From the NCBI GenBank assembly GCA_002269645.1, contig NIVC01002785.1, forward strand, positions 9,478-73,477: DNA of 64,000 bases, written 5' to 3'. The translations under genes and the position numbers were made by a program. Numbering within the stretch: position 1 is the first letter of the stretch; each line of letters begins with the position of its first letter. Below the pieces are notes generated by a model. It was not told the origin of the DNA. It did no database searches and worked only from the letters and a program-made list of their open reading frames with translations. Below are positions 1 to 11,587 of the stretch, piece after piece. Source of the DNA: Macrostomum lignano. Taxonomy: Eukaryota.

Positions 1-803
1 ATTTGTATCCCTAAGACCCAAGGATTTTTTTTGGCTAAACCCTTAGCTAGAGTCTCTAGTAAAGAATATATAAACATAAAAAATATATCTATCCAAAGTT
101 CCAAACCAAAAAAACTTGTAGATATATCATATAGCAGTTTGATTATATATATGATTAGACTATATTTGACTATGTAATTGCTAATGCTAGTATATATAAT
201 AATAGATAGTATTGTATAGAATATAAAACTTATAATAGTTAAAATATATATAAAAATAATTAAAATATATATAATAGGCTATATATAAAAATTAAAATAT
301 TACTAAATCCCACCTTAGAAAATTATAATATGATCTAGACTACCTACCTTACGCTATCTACTATCTTGCTTGCTTGTCTTCTTAAATGCTTCAACACTTG
401 TCTATCTGTTTATCTGCTTGCCTAGGTCCCTGCCTATCTATCTATCTATTAAGGCAGAATTGCTACTATTTAATCACAGTTGGGAAACAGCTTGAAGCTC
501 ACAATAAGATGCTATTGTCAACAATTGAAGTATGTATATAATGTAATCAGCTTTAACAGAGTGTCATCACTGAATTGTGAGCCCACTTTTGTTAGAAAGA
601 GTCTTGCTAACAAAAATGCATATTCTGCTGCAACACAAGTTGCAAAGATAGAAATCAGAATTATATATAATAACTTTATATTTCTAGCATGTTGATATAA
701 GATAATACTGATTAAGCAGTTTTATTTATAAAAAAAATATGATATATTATGAAGTGTTAAATTCCCAGTTTATTAAAATTCACTATCTCTGGAGTTGGAG
801 TTT

Positions 804-1090
804 GGGGTTATAGCCTTGTGGTTAGAGCATCAGACTCACAAATTGAAGTCAGGGGTTCAATTCCAAATCCCACTAGAAAAAATTGTCTTAAGCAAGACAT
901 TTAATTCTGCATTGCTTCAGTTCACCTAGCTGTAAACAGGGTAATTAAGGGTGTGTGTGGTGACCTTTTAGTCCTTTGACTGAATAGCTATACATGTATG
1001 TAGCCTTAAGATGTGCCACACAAGAGCTGTAGCTGAGTTGCCACTGCACATCTGGCCCAATTGCAGCAGGTGTAATCTATTATTATTATT
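804..1090 (+). mobile_element. tRNA-derived SINE, CpG-decayed, with CORE-like central domain
   Basis: A-box-like TAGCCTTGTGG (~811) and B-box GGTTCAATTCC (~854). Central ttaagcaagacatttaattctgcattgcttcagttcacctagctgtaaa resembles CORE-type SINE domains. Ends in a (TAT)n tail at ~1078-1090. Confidence 0.55.
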
Positions 1091-1216
1091 AACACAGCTG
1101 CTCTCTACTTCCAGTTCAGTAGCAAAGAAGAATACATTTTATAAAAATGGAGCCAGCTAAAATCACAATGCCCCTTTGCCCACTAATTTGGCATCTTCTT
1201 ATATCAGGCTTGGACC

Positions 1217-1450
1217 CCTTAGTGCTGGCTCCCCTTAGTGCTGGCGCCCCTTGGTGCTGGCGCCCCTTGGTGCTGGCGCCCCTTGGTGCTGGCCCCCCTT
1301 GGTGCTGGCGCCCCTTGGTGCTGGCGCCCCTTGGTGCTGGCTCCCCTTGGTGCTGGCGCCCCTTGGTGCTGGCGCCCCTTGTTGCTGGCGCCCCTTGGTG
1401 CTGGCGCCCCTTGGTGCTGGCGCCCCTTGATGCTGGCGCCCCTTGGTGTC
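1217..1450. repeat. 17-bp tandem repeat (cttggtgctggcgcccc)n
   Basis: About 13 directly visible copies; the same unit recurs at 41450-41550. Confidence 0.9.
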
Positions 1451-1489
1451 AATCAGCATTACATTTTCGAGAGTAAATTTTTCAGAGAA

Positions 1490-2224
1490 ATGCTGTCGCC
1501 CGGCTTGGACCAACCCGACCGCGCCCATGTCGACGCCGATGAACCTCCTGTCCGGGACGTCGGCTTGAACGAAGTCGACTTCGACATTGACATTGACGCG
1601 CCTCAGCCGCCGCCTCCGCCACCGGCGGCTCTGCTAGACGAGTCGGATTTGGACAAGTGCAGCCGGGCCGACCTCCTAGCGATGCTCCGCGACCTCCTGG
1701 CCGACCGCGTCCGCCTGCTGCGTCGGCATTCGAGCACAGTTGATCAGCTCAGCGCCCGCCTGAGCTGGCGCTCAGACGAGTTGCACTCGATTCGCCAGTC
1801 CGCCGAGTCGGTCGGCCGAGAGAACGCCGACCTGCGCCGCCTGCTGGCCGGGGTCGAGTCCGAGCGGCTGCGCCTGCTGGACACCGGCCAGCAGTGGCGG
1901 GCCTTGGCCGGGCAGAGCGGCGCCGCCCTGGCCAACGAGCTGGCCGACCTGCGAGTCAAAGTGGCCGGTCTGGAGCGCCTGCTCGGACAGCTGGACGGCG
2001 GCGACTATCGGAGGCTGCCAGCTGACGGTCAGGAGGCCGCCGCCTCCATCAACTCTGCCGTTGCCAACTCGACGTCAGTCAGACTCGGCGCGGACGCTTC
2101 AATTGATGTTGGGCGTCGACTGGCTAGCGTGGAATCTTCGCTGCCGTCGATGCGGCCGTCGGAGGCGCTGATGCTGAGGCATCTGGTGACGCTGGCCCGG
2201 CAGAAGCAGTCTGCCGCTCATTAG
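1490..2224 (+). CDS. 244-aa coiled-coil protein of unknown family (single or terminal exon)
   Basis: GC-rich stop-free frame with heptad-like Leu/Arg/Glu pattern. Acceptor ttttcag ends at 1485, 4 nt before ATG 1490. The upstream part of the listed ORF is only the 17-mer repeat. Confidence 0.7.
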   Translation: MLSPGLDQPDRAHVDADEPPVRDVGLNEVDFDIDIDAPQPPPPPPAALLDESDLDKCSRADLLAMLRDLLADRVRLLRRHSSTVDQLSARLSWRSDELHSIRQSAESVGRENADLRRLLAGVESERLRLLDTGQQWRALAGQSGAALANELADLRVKVAGLERLLGQLDGGDYRRLPADGQEAAASINSAVANSTSVRLGADASIDVGRRLASVESSLPSMRPSEALMLRHLVTLARQKQSAAH

Positions 2225-2884
2225 CACTTTTTAGATCCTTATTATATAATATAGTCCAAACGGAGGCATCTGTCTCTGTTTTTGTTTCAAAAGTGCAATT
2301 CTACGTCTGTTGTCCAAGTGCGAGGAGAGGCGTGTCAGTTCTGCTCATTCCGCGGACTCCTGAGCATGGAGACAGATACGTACGTAGGGCCACACGCGCT
2401 CACGCAGGGTATTGTAAATAAATCTTTACCATGGACAGCTGAAGTAGGATGGATCATTTGCTATAAGTCGGGTTTTCTCAGAAATTTACCATCGACAAAT
2501 TCGCTAGGGTAAGAATCAGATTACCTCTAGATAGCATACTAAATGCACTAGCGACATCTCCAGCCCATTTCTGAGAAAATTGAGTGTAGTGTTATACTAA
2601 TTCATGCCCGTGAACTTTACACTATAATATTTTAGTAATATTTCCGAATACAAAGTTGGGTTCAAAGTATCTGTCCCTTCTTAATGTCCTTTTTATGTAT
2701 TTATTTTTTATCAATGCAACCAAGGCTCTGTCAGTGACTGAGGTTAATATTTTTTTAACTTTCGTCTTAACTCTCCAAGAATTCTTGTTCATTAGAGATA
2801 AAAGTACTTTTGTTCTAAATGCAAACCTTAATCTCTTTCACTTGCTGTCTTTTGTCTTTTTATTTCATTTCAATGAAAGTCTGC

Positions 2885-3418
2885 TAGGAATGAAGGCGCG
2901 GAGCTGCTGAGTGTCTGATGGGAATGAAGGCGCGGAGCTGCTGGGTGTCTGATGGGAATGAAGGCGCGGAGCTGCTGAGTGTCTGATGGGAATGAAGGCG
3001 CGGAGCTGCTGGGTGTCTGATGGGAATGAAGGCGCGGAGCTGCTGGGTGTCTGATGGGAATGAAGGCGCGGAGCTTCTGGGTGTCTGATGGGAATGAAGA
3101 CGCGGAGCTGCTGGGTGTCTGATGGGAATGAAGGCGCGGAGCTGCAGGGTGTCTGATGGGAATGAAGGCGCGGAGCTGCAGGGTGTCTGATGGGAATGAA
3201 GGCGCGGAGCTGCAGGGTGTCTGATGGGAATGAAGGCGCGGAGCTGCAGGGTGTCTGATGGGAATGAAGGCGCGGAGCTGCTAGGGAATGAAGACGCGGA
3301 GCTGCTGGGTGTCTGATGGGAATGAAGACGCGGAGCTGCTGAGTGTCTGATGGGAATGAAGGCGCGGAGCTGCTGGGTGTCTGATGGGAATGAAGACGCG
3401 GAGCTGCTGGGTGTCTTG
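2885..3418. repeat. 34-bp minisatellite (gatgggaatgaaggcgcggagctgctgggtgtct)n
   Basis: About 15 near-identical tandem units. Confidence 0.95.
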
Positions 3419-3586
3419 GCACCCCAAGAGCAGATCCTAATTGAATGATGACTCTCAATGCCTGATACGCTAATCAAGAACTCAACACATTGGAAATTTT
3501 CAGTCACACAGCTCAGACAGCCACGGGCCCGCGCTGCCCTACCCACTGGTCTACTACAAGGATCCCTACTTCCGCGTTGTATCCCT

Positions 3587-3715
3587 GTTGCTAGGCAACG
3601 CGGCTGCTTTCGGTTTATCCGTCTGTCTGTATGCCGGCTCTCGACGAATGCTGGCTAGAGATCGGCTGTTTAGCTGCCTGATCAGCCTGATACCGTATCC
3701 GGTTGCCATGGTAAC
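3587..3715. promoter_or_regulatory. Pair of RFX X-box motifs
   Basis: GTTGCTAGGCAAC at 3587-3599 and GTTGCCATGGTAAC at 3702-3715 both match the palindromic X-box consensus. Confidence 0.5.
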
Positions 3716-3973
3716 TGGGACTAAGCTGGCCAGATTTACCTACGCCGTGCACCGGACTCAATCGAGCAGCGACAGCGTGAGATACCCGGCTTGGTCCCGC
3801 ATCACCGGCTGGCTCGAGCCGGTTTTCGGCCCGCCGGTTATTTCGTCGGCCGCTCGGCACAAATTCAATTAGCACTTCATAAAGTATCGATGATTGGAAT
3901 TATGCGTTGAACGTTTCTTTAGCGGGATGCTGGAATTCACGCCAGCTGGAACTCTCTAGCGATGGGGCGAAAG

Positions 3974-4437
3974 TACAGATACTAAAATAACTAGATTGGC
4001 CACTCAGACACATTATACTCGTACTTAGCAAAACAGCTGTCTACTTTCAGTTCAGTAGCAAAGAAGAATACACAAGCTATTTTATAAGAATAAGGCAGCT
4101 GAGATGACTTTGATAAGTATAGAAGCCCAAGCTTGCAGACGTAAACAGCTTGCTAATTAGTGCAGCCAAAATGTACATTAGCCACTGAAATGTACAAGGC
4201 AGATTTAGGCTGGAACAACCGAAGAAGGTAATAAAATTGGGTCGCGGGCCGGGGGTAGAGGTTCTATGAGGAGTTTGAGGGTTTAATAGCTTGGGGGGGG
4301 GGTAAGAGCCAATAATTAAGCTTTGTCTTTAAAAATTAATTAAACATTAAAATGCTTCTATTTAACTTACTACTGAATTGAAAGTAGCTGGCACGCAAAT
4401 GTGCCGAGTGGCCTATCTAGTTATTCTAGCATCTGTG
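3974..4437. mobile_element. MITE, P-element-like termini (CACAGA...), copy 1
   Basis: TIR (t)acagatactaaaataactagattggccactc / gagtggcctatctagttattctagcatctgtg. Flanking 8-mers ggcgaaag / gtcgatag match at 6/8, consistent with an aged TSD. Confidence 0.7.
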
Positions 4438-4924
4438 GTCGATAGTGGACTTTTTTGGACAAGCGATTCTACAAAAAATTCGGACATCTTAGACACCTTT
4501 GACACCCATGTCTTAGTCTACTTTTAATTTACAGTGTGGTGAAGACTATAGGCGCGAAAATTGATGTTGCCATAATTTTGACCGTGATTTGCAGCTTGTC
4601 CCCATTTTTACGCATTGACAATTGGCAAAATACCCACTCCTGTCGACTCGTATAGCCATATGTATAAATATATTGAATAGTTTTGCTTCACTGATGTAGC
4701 GACTGAGTGTATTTTTGCCAGTTAATTTCCTATCGCCGGCTATTCAAATTTAACTTTACGGATAGACTAGTAGGACTATAGGGATGTTTGTATCAGGAGT
4801 GCACAAATACTACTTAGGCCTTGTCGGTGTGTCACCAAGTTGAGAACTTTTAGGAGACAGGTTTATATACATAGGAATATACATTCCGAAGATAGACAGG
4901 TTTCCCATTTTTTGAAAAAAATTG

Positions 4925-5235
4925 TTATTGCTTTTGATAGAAGGGAGACCCAGTGTTCATATTTTGAGATGCCTTGCCTTATAGGTACAACAATAAGATT
5001 GTAATGATACAATCGTACTATTTTATCATTCTGTTACACGTTTTGTTACTCAGTCATTGAGCTAAGGATGATACTCGTAAAATAGACTCATAAAACCAAT
5101 GATCCGAGTCGTGCCATTTTTATGTTTTTTAGGCACAAGACATGTACAATTACATGTAGGATATAAAATTAATAAAGAATCCTAATTTTCTAAACGAAAA
5201 GCTTTATGAATATCAATAGAGCTATAAGAAAGGCA
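4925..5235. repeat. Dispersed repeat, second copy at ~31325-31740
   Basis: Shared blocks agacccagtgttcatatttt and ttttct(a/g)aacgaaaagctttatgaat...aagaaaggc. Confidence 0.55.
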
Positions 5236-5366
5236 AGGCTTTGTCTACAAAAGCAACTAAATGCATTTCGCGCTGCGGCAAGCTGCAGTGAGCTGTACCA
5301 GTCACGCAGGTGGGCCGTGTATTTTTAATTTGCTTTCAATCAGACTGCATCGTTGAAGCTGGGCCT

Positions 5367-5654
5367 CTACAGCTTGATGCAGCTGATGATCTGACTGGCG
5401 CTGCTGCCGCACTTGCTGGCCAGGCAGGCAGCCAGTTCGTTGATGTTGTTGCCATTGGAGACGAAGCAGACCAGCAGGCTGGTCACGATGCAGGTCACGG
5501 ATGTGATGCCGTTCTGCTGCAAGCAGATGGTGTCCAATCGGAGCACGGGAACGACCTCGTGAATGATGTCGTTCACGACCTCGTTCTTCTGCTCCGGAGT
5601 GTAGGCGGCGGCGGCAAAGGCCACGAGAGCGAACAGGCAGAGGAGCTTGTACAT
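5367..5654 (-). CDS. Secreted six-cysteine small protein, copy A (95 aa, most divergent)
   Basis: MYKLLCLFALVAFAAAA signal peptide, C-x10-C-x7-C-x13-C-x4-C-x9-C, intronless, homologous to four other copies. Confidence 0.9.
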   Translation of the reverse strand: MYKLLCLFALVAFAAAAYTPEQKNEVVNDIIHEVVPVLRLDTICLQQNGITSVTCIVTSLLVCFVSNGNNINELAACLASKCGSSASQIISCIKL

Positions 5655-6349
5655 GGCTGCTGAGCTGGGTGCTTTGGTGCTGATGGCACAGGCTTGGGTC
5701 CGTCGCTCAGTCAGCCTTTGCCCCCGAATGCATATTGAAATACTCCTAAATGTCTGAATAAGTCGCAGGTGACGCAGTTTTGATTGACCCCCCCCACTCC
5801 ACCGCAAATTGTTGGTCCGCCCACGGCCTGTCGGGTCAGACCGCTTGGCTGCTAAGTGACGGTGAGACACTGCCAGCTTTTCTACTGACGCCCTTTGTCA
5901 TGTTTTTTTTTCAAGTCAGCTGTCAAGATAATGCGGCTCGACTGTCAGCGTTCGCTTGCCGACTGCTAGTCGAATTTAGTAGTCGCATATTTTCTAAGCA
6001 GATTTTTCGACACTTTAAGAGCTTCATTCCGCAATTTGATCACAATGGGATCCATTATGCACAAACATGTAAGGGCGCATTTCTGTGACTACCAAAGTCT
6101 AATTATCTATTGTAGTGTGTTGTGAGCTATTTTGTCTTGAGGATCGGGGTTATCTTTGTCTACTTTTTACACACAAGGTTTTATTGGTCAGGGAGACATA
6201 ATCCCGTTATTCCAGCGTCTTTAAGGGGCTTCTAGTGTTTATAGAGTGTTTACATGCTCTTAAATGGTTCAAATATCTCAAAAGATGTACCAGTGTCTTC
6301 AAGTGTCATCAGAAAACTGCTAGTGGCTCTAATTAATTTCCAGCGTCTT

Positions 6350-6720
6350 TAGACAAGCGCCAGTGTCTAGTAAAATTCCAGTGTCTTTGAACTAGCCCAA
6401 TGTCTTTTGTCTAGCGCCAGTGTCTCTTGTCTAGCGCCAGTGTCTGTAGACTAGAACCAATATCTCTGGACACGTAGACACGTGCCAGTATCTCTAGACA
6501 TACGTCAGTGTCTCTAGACTAGCGCCAGTGTCTCTAGCCTAGCACCAGTGTCTCTAGCCTAGCACCAGTGTCTCTAGCCTAGCACCAGTGTCTCTAGCCT
6601 AGCACCAGTGTCTCTAGCCTAGCACCAGTGTCTGTAGACTAGCGCCAGTTTCTCTAGACAGGCGCCAATGTCTCTAGCTTAGCGTAGGTATCTCTAGACA
6701 AGCGCCGATGTCTGTAGATT
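6350..6720. repeat. 19-bp degenerate tandem repeat (ctagcaccagtgtctctag-like)
   Basis: Tandem units visible, most homogeneous at 6520-6640. Confidence 0.85.
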
Positions 6721-7070
6721 AGCGCTCAGGGACGTCGTCACCAGGGGAGACAGGGGGATATGCCAATGCTTTTTATCCCAGGACCACTAGCAAAAGAGGC
6801 TAGTGTTCTGCTATAGCCTCAGAACACAGGCTAGCAGAAATCAATAGTGAAATCAAGTGAAACCAAGAGTTTTCCTTCGGGCGACAAAATAAGTTTCGCC
6901 CCCCACGCCATAAAAATCCATGGAGGCACCCCTGCCAGCGCCAGTGTCCCTGAAAATAAGCGGCACTGTGTATATACTGGAATGCCACGGGGTGGGCACC
7001 TGGATTCGCTACCTGTCCGAGTATACGAGCTGTACAAATGCACAGTGCAAACCATTCACTGCTCTTCAGT

Positions 7071-9336
7071 CCTCAATCAGCGCCACAGCTGCTCATTGGC
7101 TGCTTCTGCCGCTGCCTGCGCGGCGGAGCAGCAGCAGCCGAATCACGATCCGAGTTCGAATCCCGGCGGCGCCGATATCGGCCGTCTTCTGCTAGCCGTG
7201 GAGCCGCGCCGCTGTGGCCTGCTGGCCTTCGCCGAGTCCGGCCGGTCAGTGCTGGCCGAGGCGGCCGCGCCACCAGAAAACCCCGACGAAATGCTGGCGA
7301 CGGCGCGCGACCTGCTTCAACGCCCGATGACTCCGGGTGAAGAGGCTGCCGCGCCGGCCGAGGACGTGACGGTGTCTGTTTCGACCGATCGTCTGCGCCA
7401 TCGGCGCTGGTTGGCCCGCGCCGGGCGCGAACTCCTGACCGTCGGGCTCGGCTGCATCGAGTCCGTGTCGCCCGACTTTGCCTCGGCCACTCTGATCAGC
7501 CCGGAGGGCGTCCGGCTTCGCGTTGCCGCCGATGTTGGCGACTGTCCCAATTTCTGCCTCGTCGACTCGGAGCTGCCAGTTCCGATCCCCGGCGGCGGTG
7601 GCGGCGACGGCAGCCTGCGGCGCCTGTTCGACCGGTTCGCCGGGGCGTCGCGGTCGCTGCTGCCGCACTGGGAGCTGCTGGAGCGGCTGGACAGCCGGCT
7701 GGTCGTGCTTGAGCCGCGGCCGGCCCAGCGTAGGCGCTCGCTTCACCGACGGGTGCTGCTGGCCGAGTGAGTGGCTTTTGCTGAGCAACTGGCGACTCTA
7801 GCTGAGTGTTTTAATCAAATATTTGCATTTTTGCACTACACAGCTCCGCAGACTTCTTGAGCTTTAGGTAGGTATAAAATTGTTGCAGTTTTGATAGGAT
7901 CATAATTTTGTTCCTATAGGGGTTTGATGGTGCCGATTTCAAATCTGAGTTTCGTTTTTTTGTAGCTTAAAACCAACAGCCGGGGCATAGGGAATGGGGA
8001 GTTTTAGGGTGGGGAGAATCTTCATGGGGATTGATTTTATGTACATAAACTTCAACAGAAGCATGGGAGTCTATTGTAGATTAGGTACATAAATTCGGAG
8101 ACTGAGGGGGGGGCTTAAATAAAAAATTCGGCAAGCCATCAAACACCTCCATGAAGAAAAAATGACAATCCTATCAAAACTAATTGACATCAGCAGCTGT
8201 AGTTAACTTCAGAATAGAGACAAGACAGATTAGTAAAAATTAGCATAGATAAACAGTAAAGAATGTACGGCTAGTCGTCACAACAATGAGAGAACGACAG
8301 CAAATCAAAAAGCGGGAGGTAAGGGGCGGGTGGCGAACCCTGAGTCAGCATATTTAAATTAGAATAGACACTATTTTTATCGGAGTTTAAATTTGAACCC
8401 TCTAAATGTTTTTATTAGAATAATTTCATCAAACTTTGGAAAATATTTACAGTTGAAAGGTATGATTCCAAAAAAACTTCAAATTTCATACACACAATTC
8501 TCCGAACCTGCTTATATCAAATTATCACTAATTACATAGGAGATTAGCAAATTAAGCTCCTGTTAACTCTGAAGGTAATTTTTGCAGTTTTTTGCTCTAA
8601 GACTCTGGCGAAAAAATCGGAAGTATTTTTATGTACCTAAAGCTCAAGAAGTCCAGGTCCGCTTCCTATCTCCAACATGCAATCGGATTTAGCACAGGCT
8701 GTTTTGTCTATGGCACATCCTTTTGTTGAAGATTGCAACTGCCATCTTCATGAGGTCGGCCCCAGGTGTGCTCAGATACTGAATACCCTAAATAGCCGCC
8801 ATCGCGCACTAAAACAAAAACTACATCATATTGATGCGGAGGCAGCTCCAACTCCCCGCAGCCGCGCCAGCAGCCTGCTGATCAGGCTGGACCCCGACGC
8901 CAGCCCGGCTGCCCTGCCATCCGTCAGTGCCGCAGGTCCGGCTGCCGAGGCCATCGAAGTGGCCGTGACCGCCAACTCCGCCGCCTGGAAGGCAGGCGCG
9001 GACGTCGCGGACTTTGTGTCCAACCTGAGCGCTCTGCTGGGCGGCTCCGCCTCGCTTGCCGAGCCTTCAGCCGTCGAGACCGAGCAGCCGGTGGCGGGCG
9101 ATGCTGGCGTTGAGGCCGCTACCGAGGATGTCGACTGCGGCATCTGCTACGCTGACTGCTCCGCCGATGGTCCCGACTGCGTCACTTGCGAGCGCTGCCG
9201 GCGCCGCTACCACCGCAGCTGCGCAGTGGAGTGGCTGCGCGGCCTGCCGGACACTCGGCAGGGCTTCAACCGACTGCACGGCTGCTGCCCCTACTGCAGG
9301 GCGAGGCTGTGCGTGCTGCAGGACTGTCAGGATTGA
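7071..9336 (+). CDS. FANCL: Fanconi anaemia E3 ubiquitin ligase FANCL (exons ~7071-7766 and 8862-9336; 5' exon not located)
   Basis: C-terminal RING DCGICY...CERC...YHRSCAVEWLRGLPDTRQGFNRLHGCCPYC and DRWD-like WELLERLDSRLVVLEP. The GT(7767)-AG(8861) join keeps frame. AATAAA at ~9504. Confidence 0.85.
7885..8185. mobile_element. Possible MITE in FANCL intron
   Basis: Inverted repeat gcagttttgataggat / atcctatcaaaactaa; no TSD established. Confidence 0.35.
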
Positions 9337-9633
9337 GCCGCCAGCTGTCATCAATAAGTCAGCCAAGTATCCCGCTTTGCCATTCACTGCAAATCTTGTA
9401 GTAAACAAAAAGTGTCGAAGACAAGCCATGAATTCTATGCATTTGAACCCTGTGTCCGAGTTCGAGTTCCCACTTGCACTTTAAATTCTATCGCGTGCGA
9501 CAAAATAAAAATATAAAGTCAATTAAACAGTGAGTTTTGATAGTTTAATTAATATTTTAGCTGGCGCTTTCAACTGTTCCAGATTGCGCTCAGCAACCGA
9601 ATTGTATTTCTATGCATTGATAGAAAACTGCAT

Positions 9634-9921
9634 TTACAGCTTGATGCAGCTGAGAATCTGGATGGCGCTGCCGCCGCACTTGTTGGCCAGGCAGCCGGCC
9701 AGCTGGCTGATGTTGGTGCCGTGGGCGAAGTAGCAGGAGGCCAGGTTGGAGATCAGGCAGTTCACGGAGCTGATGCCGTTCTGCTTCAAGCAGTTGGTGT
9801 CGATGCTGAGCACGGGAACGACCTCGTGAATGATGTCGTTCACGACCTCGTTCTTCTGCTCCGGAGTGTAGGCGGCGGCGGCGAAGGCCACGAGAGCGAA
9901 CAGACAGACGAGCTTGTACAT
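9634..9921 (-). CDS. Secreted six-cysteine small protein, copy B
   Basis: Same architecture as copy A; CATAAAT TATA-like box ~100 nt upstream of ATG 9921. Confidence 0.9.
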   Translation of the reverse strand: MYKLVCLFALVAFAAAAYTPEQKNEVVNDIIHEVVPVLSIDTNCLKQNGISSVNCLISNLASCYFAHGTNISQLAGCLANKCGGSAIQILSCIKL

Positions 9922-10280
9922 GGCTGCTGAGCTGGGTGCTTTGGTTGCTGGCTTCTTGAGACTGGCTGCTGGGTTGAGTTGCTGATTGGGTCTCGGGCTC
10001 GGTCGCTGGGCTCTCATTTATGGTGCCGCTGGTGGCGCTGCAGGTGACGCGGTCTCGGACTGCCGCACCGCGCGCAATCCGTTAAAGCTGTCAGAACTGT
10101 CACAAAGTTTTTAACCGGTTTATTTTGTCTGCTGTTTAGTGGTTTCCAATATCTCATCTCTTATCATGCGTTTTGGTATTTGACAGTCTTGTTGCCTGCG
10201 CTGCTGTCAGAATATCAGCGCATGCTGCTTAATTCACAAATATTTTGCACTGTCGGCGGTTTTCCGAAACCAAGTTTTTA

Positions 10281-11587
10281 GGAGGGGTGTGCAATAAGTT
10301 TCTGGATGTGCGAAGTCTGAAATAGTTGGAGAGCAACTGACAGTCATTTTTAAGGTACTCTCCAGAAGAATCTATGCACCATTGCATCCTCTCATACCAC
10401 TTATTGAAGCAGCTGGACCACTAAACTTGGCACCCCCTTGACATGCTTGATGAAGGCCTCGACTGCAGCTTCCGGCGATGAATAGCGACTGCCATGCATC
10501 TTCTGCTCGGTTTGCGGAAACACAAAGAACTCGCGCGGGGCCAGGTCTGTGCTGTAGGGTGGATGGCGGAGCTCTTGACTGTGTTCTCCAGCCAGAAATT
10601 CGACCACTTACCTGGACTTGTAGGTGGAGGCGTTGTCGTGATGAAGAAGCACACCCCGAGCTCGAGTCCTTGAACGGCAATTGGAGAGAGCACTCAGCAC
10701 TTCTGACAGGCAGTAGTTGGTACACCAGTCGCCAATGACTGTGCGCTGCTGCACAAGTGGCACAGTCGCTAGATGAGCAGCTTTCGTCACAAAAACGGCC
10801 AACATCTGCTTTGCCACGCTGCGCTCTCGATGCAGCTTCAATTGTGGGGCGCCTTTAACTGGTGTTCACTGTGCCGACTGCTGCGTGTGGTCTCTGGGTC
10901 GAAACTGTAGATCCAGGATTCTTCACCACTGACGATTTCCCAGATCCAGTTTGAGCGGCCACCATCGAATCTGTCGAGCATGGCATGGCACCAAGCCACC
11001 CGAGCCTCCTTTTGCTCCTCCGTCAGGTGATGAGGCACCCAGCGTGCAGAAATCTTGCTCAGGTTGAGCCTTGAGTGCAGAATCGTGCGGATGGCTGCCG
11101 ATGAGATGCCCACTTCTGCCTCCATCTGGGCCACAGTTACCCTGGCATCATTCTTAGTCATGGCCTGAATAGCAGCACTCATATTCTCATCCCTTGCTGC
11201 AGAGGTGGGCCAGCCGCTGCAGTCTTCATCATCCAGACTCCGTCGGCTATGTCGAAATTCGGCAAACCACTCAAAAACTGGTAGTGGAAGGTACTTTATT
11301 ACCAAAAACTGCCTAAAGTTCCTCAAAGCTCTTTTGCTGTCTTAAACCTCTTTTGTAGCCATAGTAAATAATTGCTCTCCAATGGCCTCTGTTGAGCTCC
11401 ATTGTAAATTATCTGTGTTAGGGGGGTATGCTAACTTTTGTGTGTGCGCAGCACAGGCTTTATATGGTGAATTTGTCTGAAATTGCACAAATGTAATCAC
11501 AAGATAATGTACATAATACCTGCTATGCCAAATTGTAAACATCACCTTCCCAATCTGTGCATCTGGAGTCTTATTGCACACCCCTCG
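10281..11587 (-). mobile_element. Full-length (1307 bp) mariner transposon with decayed transposase (ATG 11402)
   Basis: TIRs ggaggggtgtgcaataag / cttattgcacacccctcg flanked by TA on both sides. WVPHHL, HHDNA and HPPYSTDLAP motifs lie in frameshifted pieces. Confidence 0.95.

Noticed and set aside
804-875. Functional tRNA gene
   Set aside because: Only A/B boxes are retained; the cloverleaf is not supportable, and the sequence continues into a SINE body and tail.
2865-3546. 197- and 220-aa minus-strand ORFs
   Set aside because: Translations of the 34-bp minisatellite.
6727-6955. hAT-like MITE with CAGGGAC ends
   Set aside because: Only a 7-bp inverted match and no target-site duplication.
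9922-10017. 32-aa N-terminal extension (MRAQRPSP...) on copies B, C and D
   Set aside because: Its ATG overlaps the TATA-like CATAAATG, it is missing in A and E, and it would bury the signal peptide.
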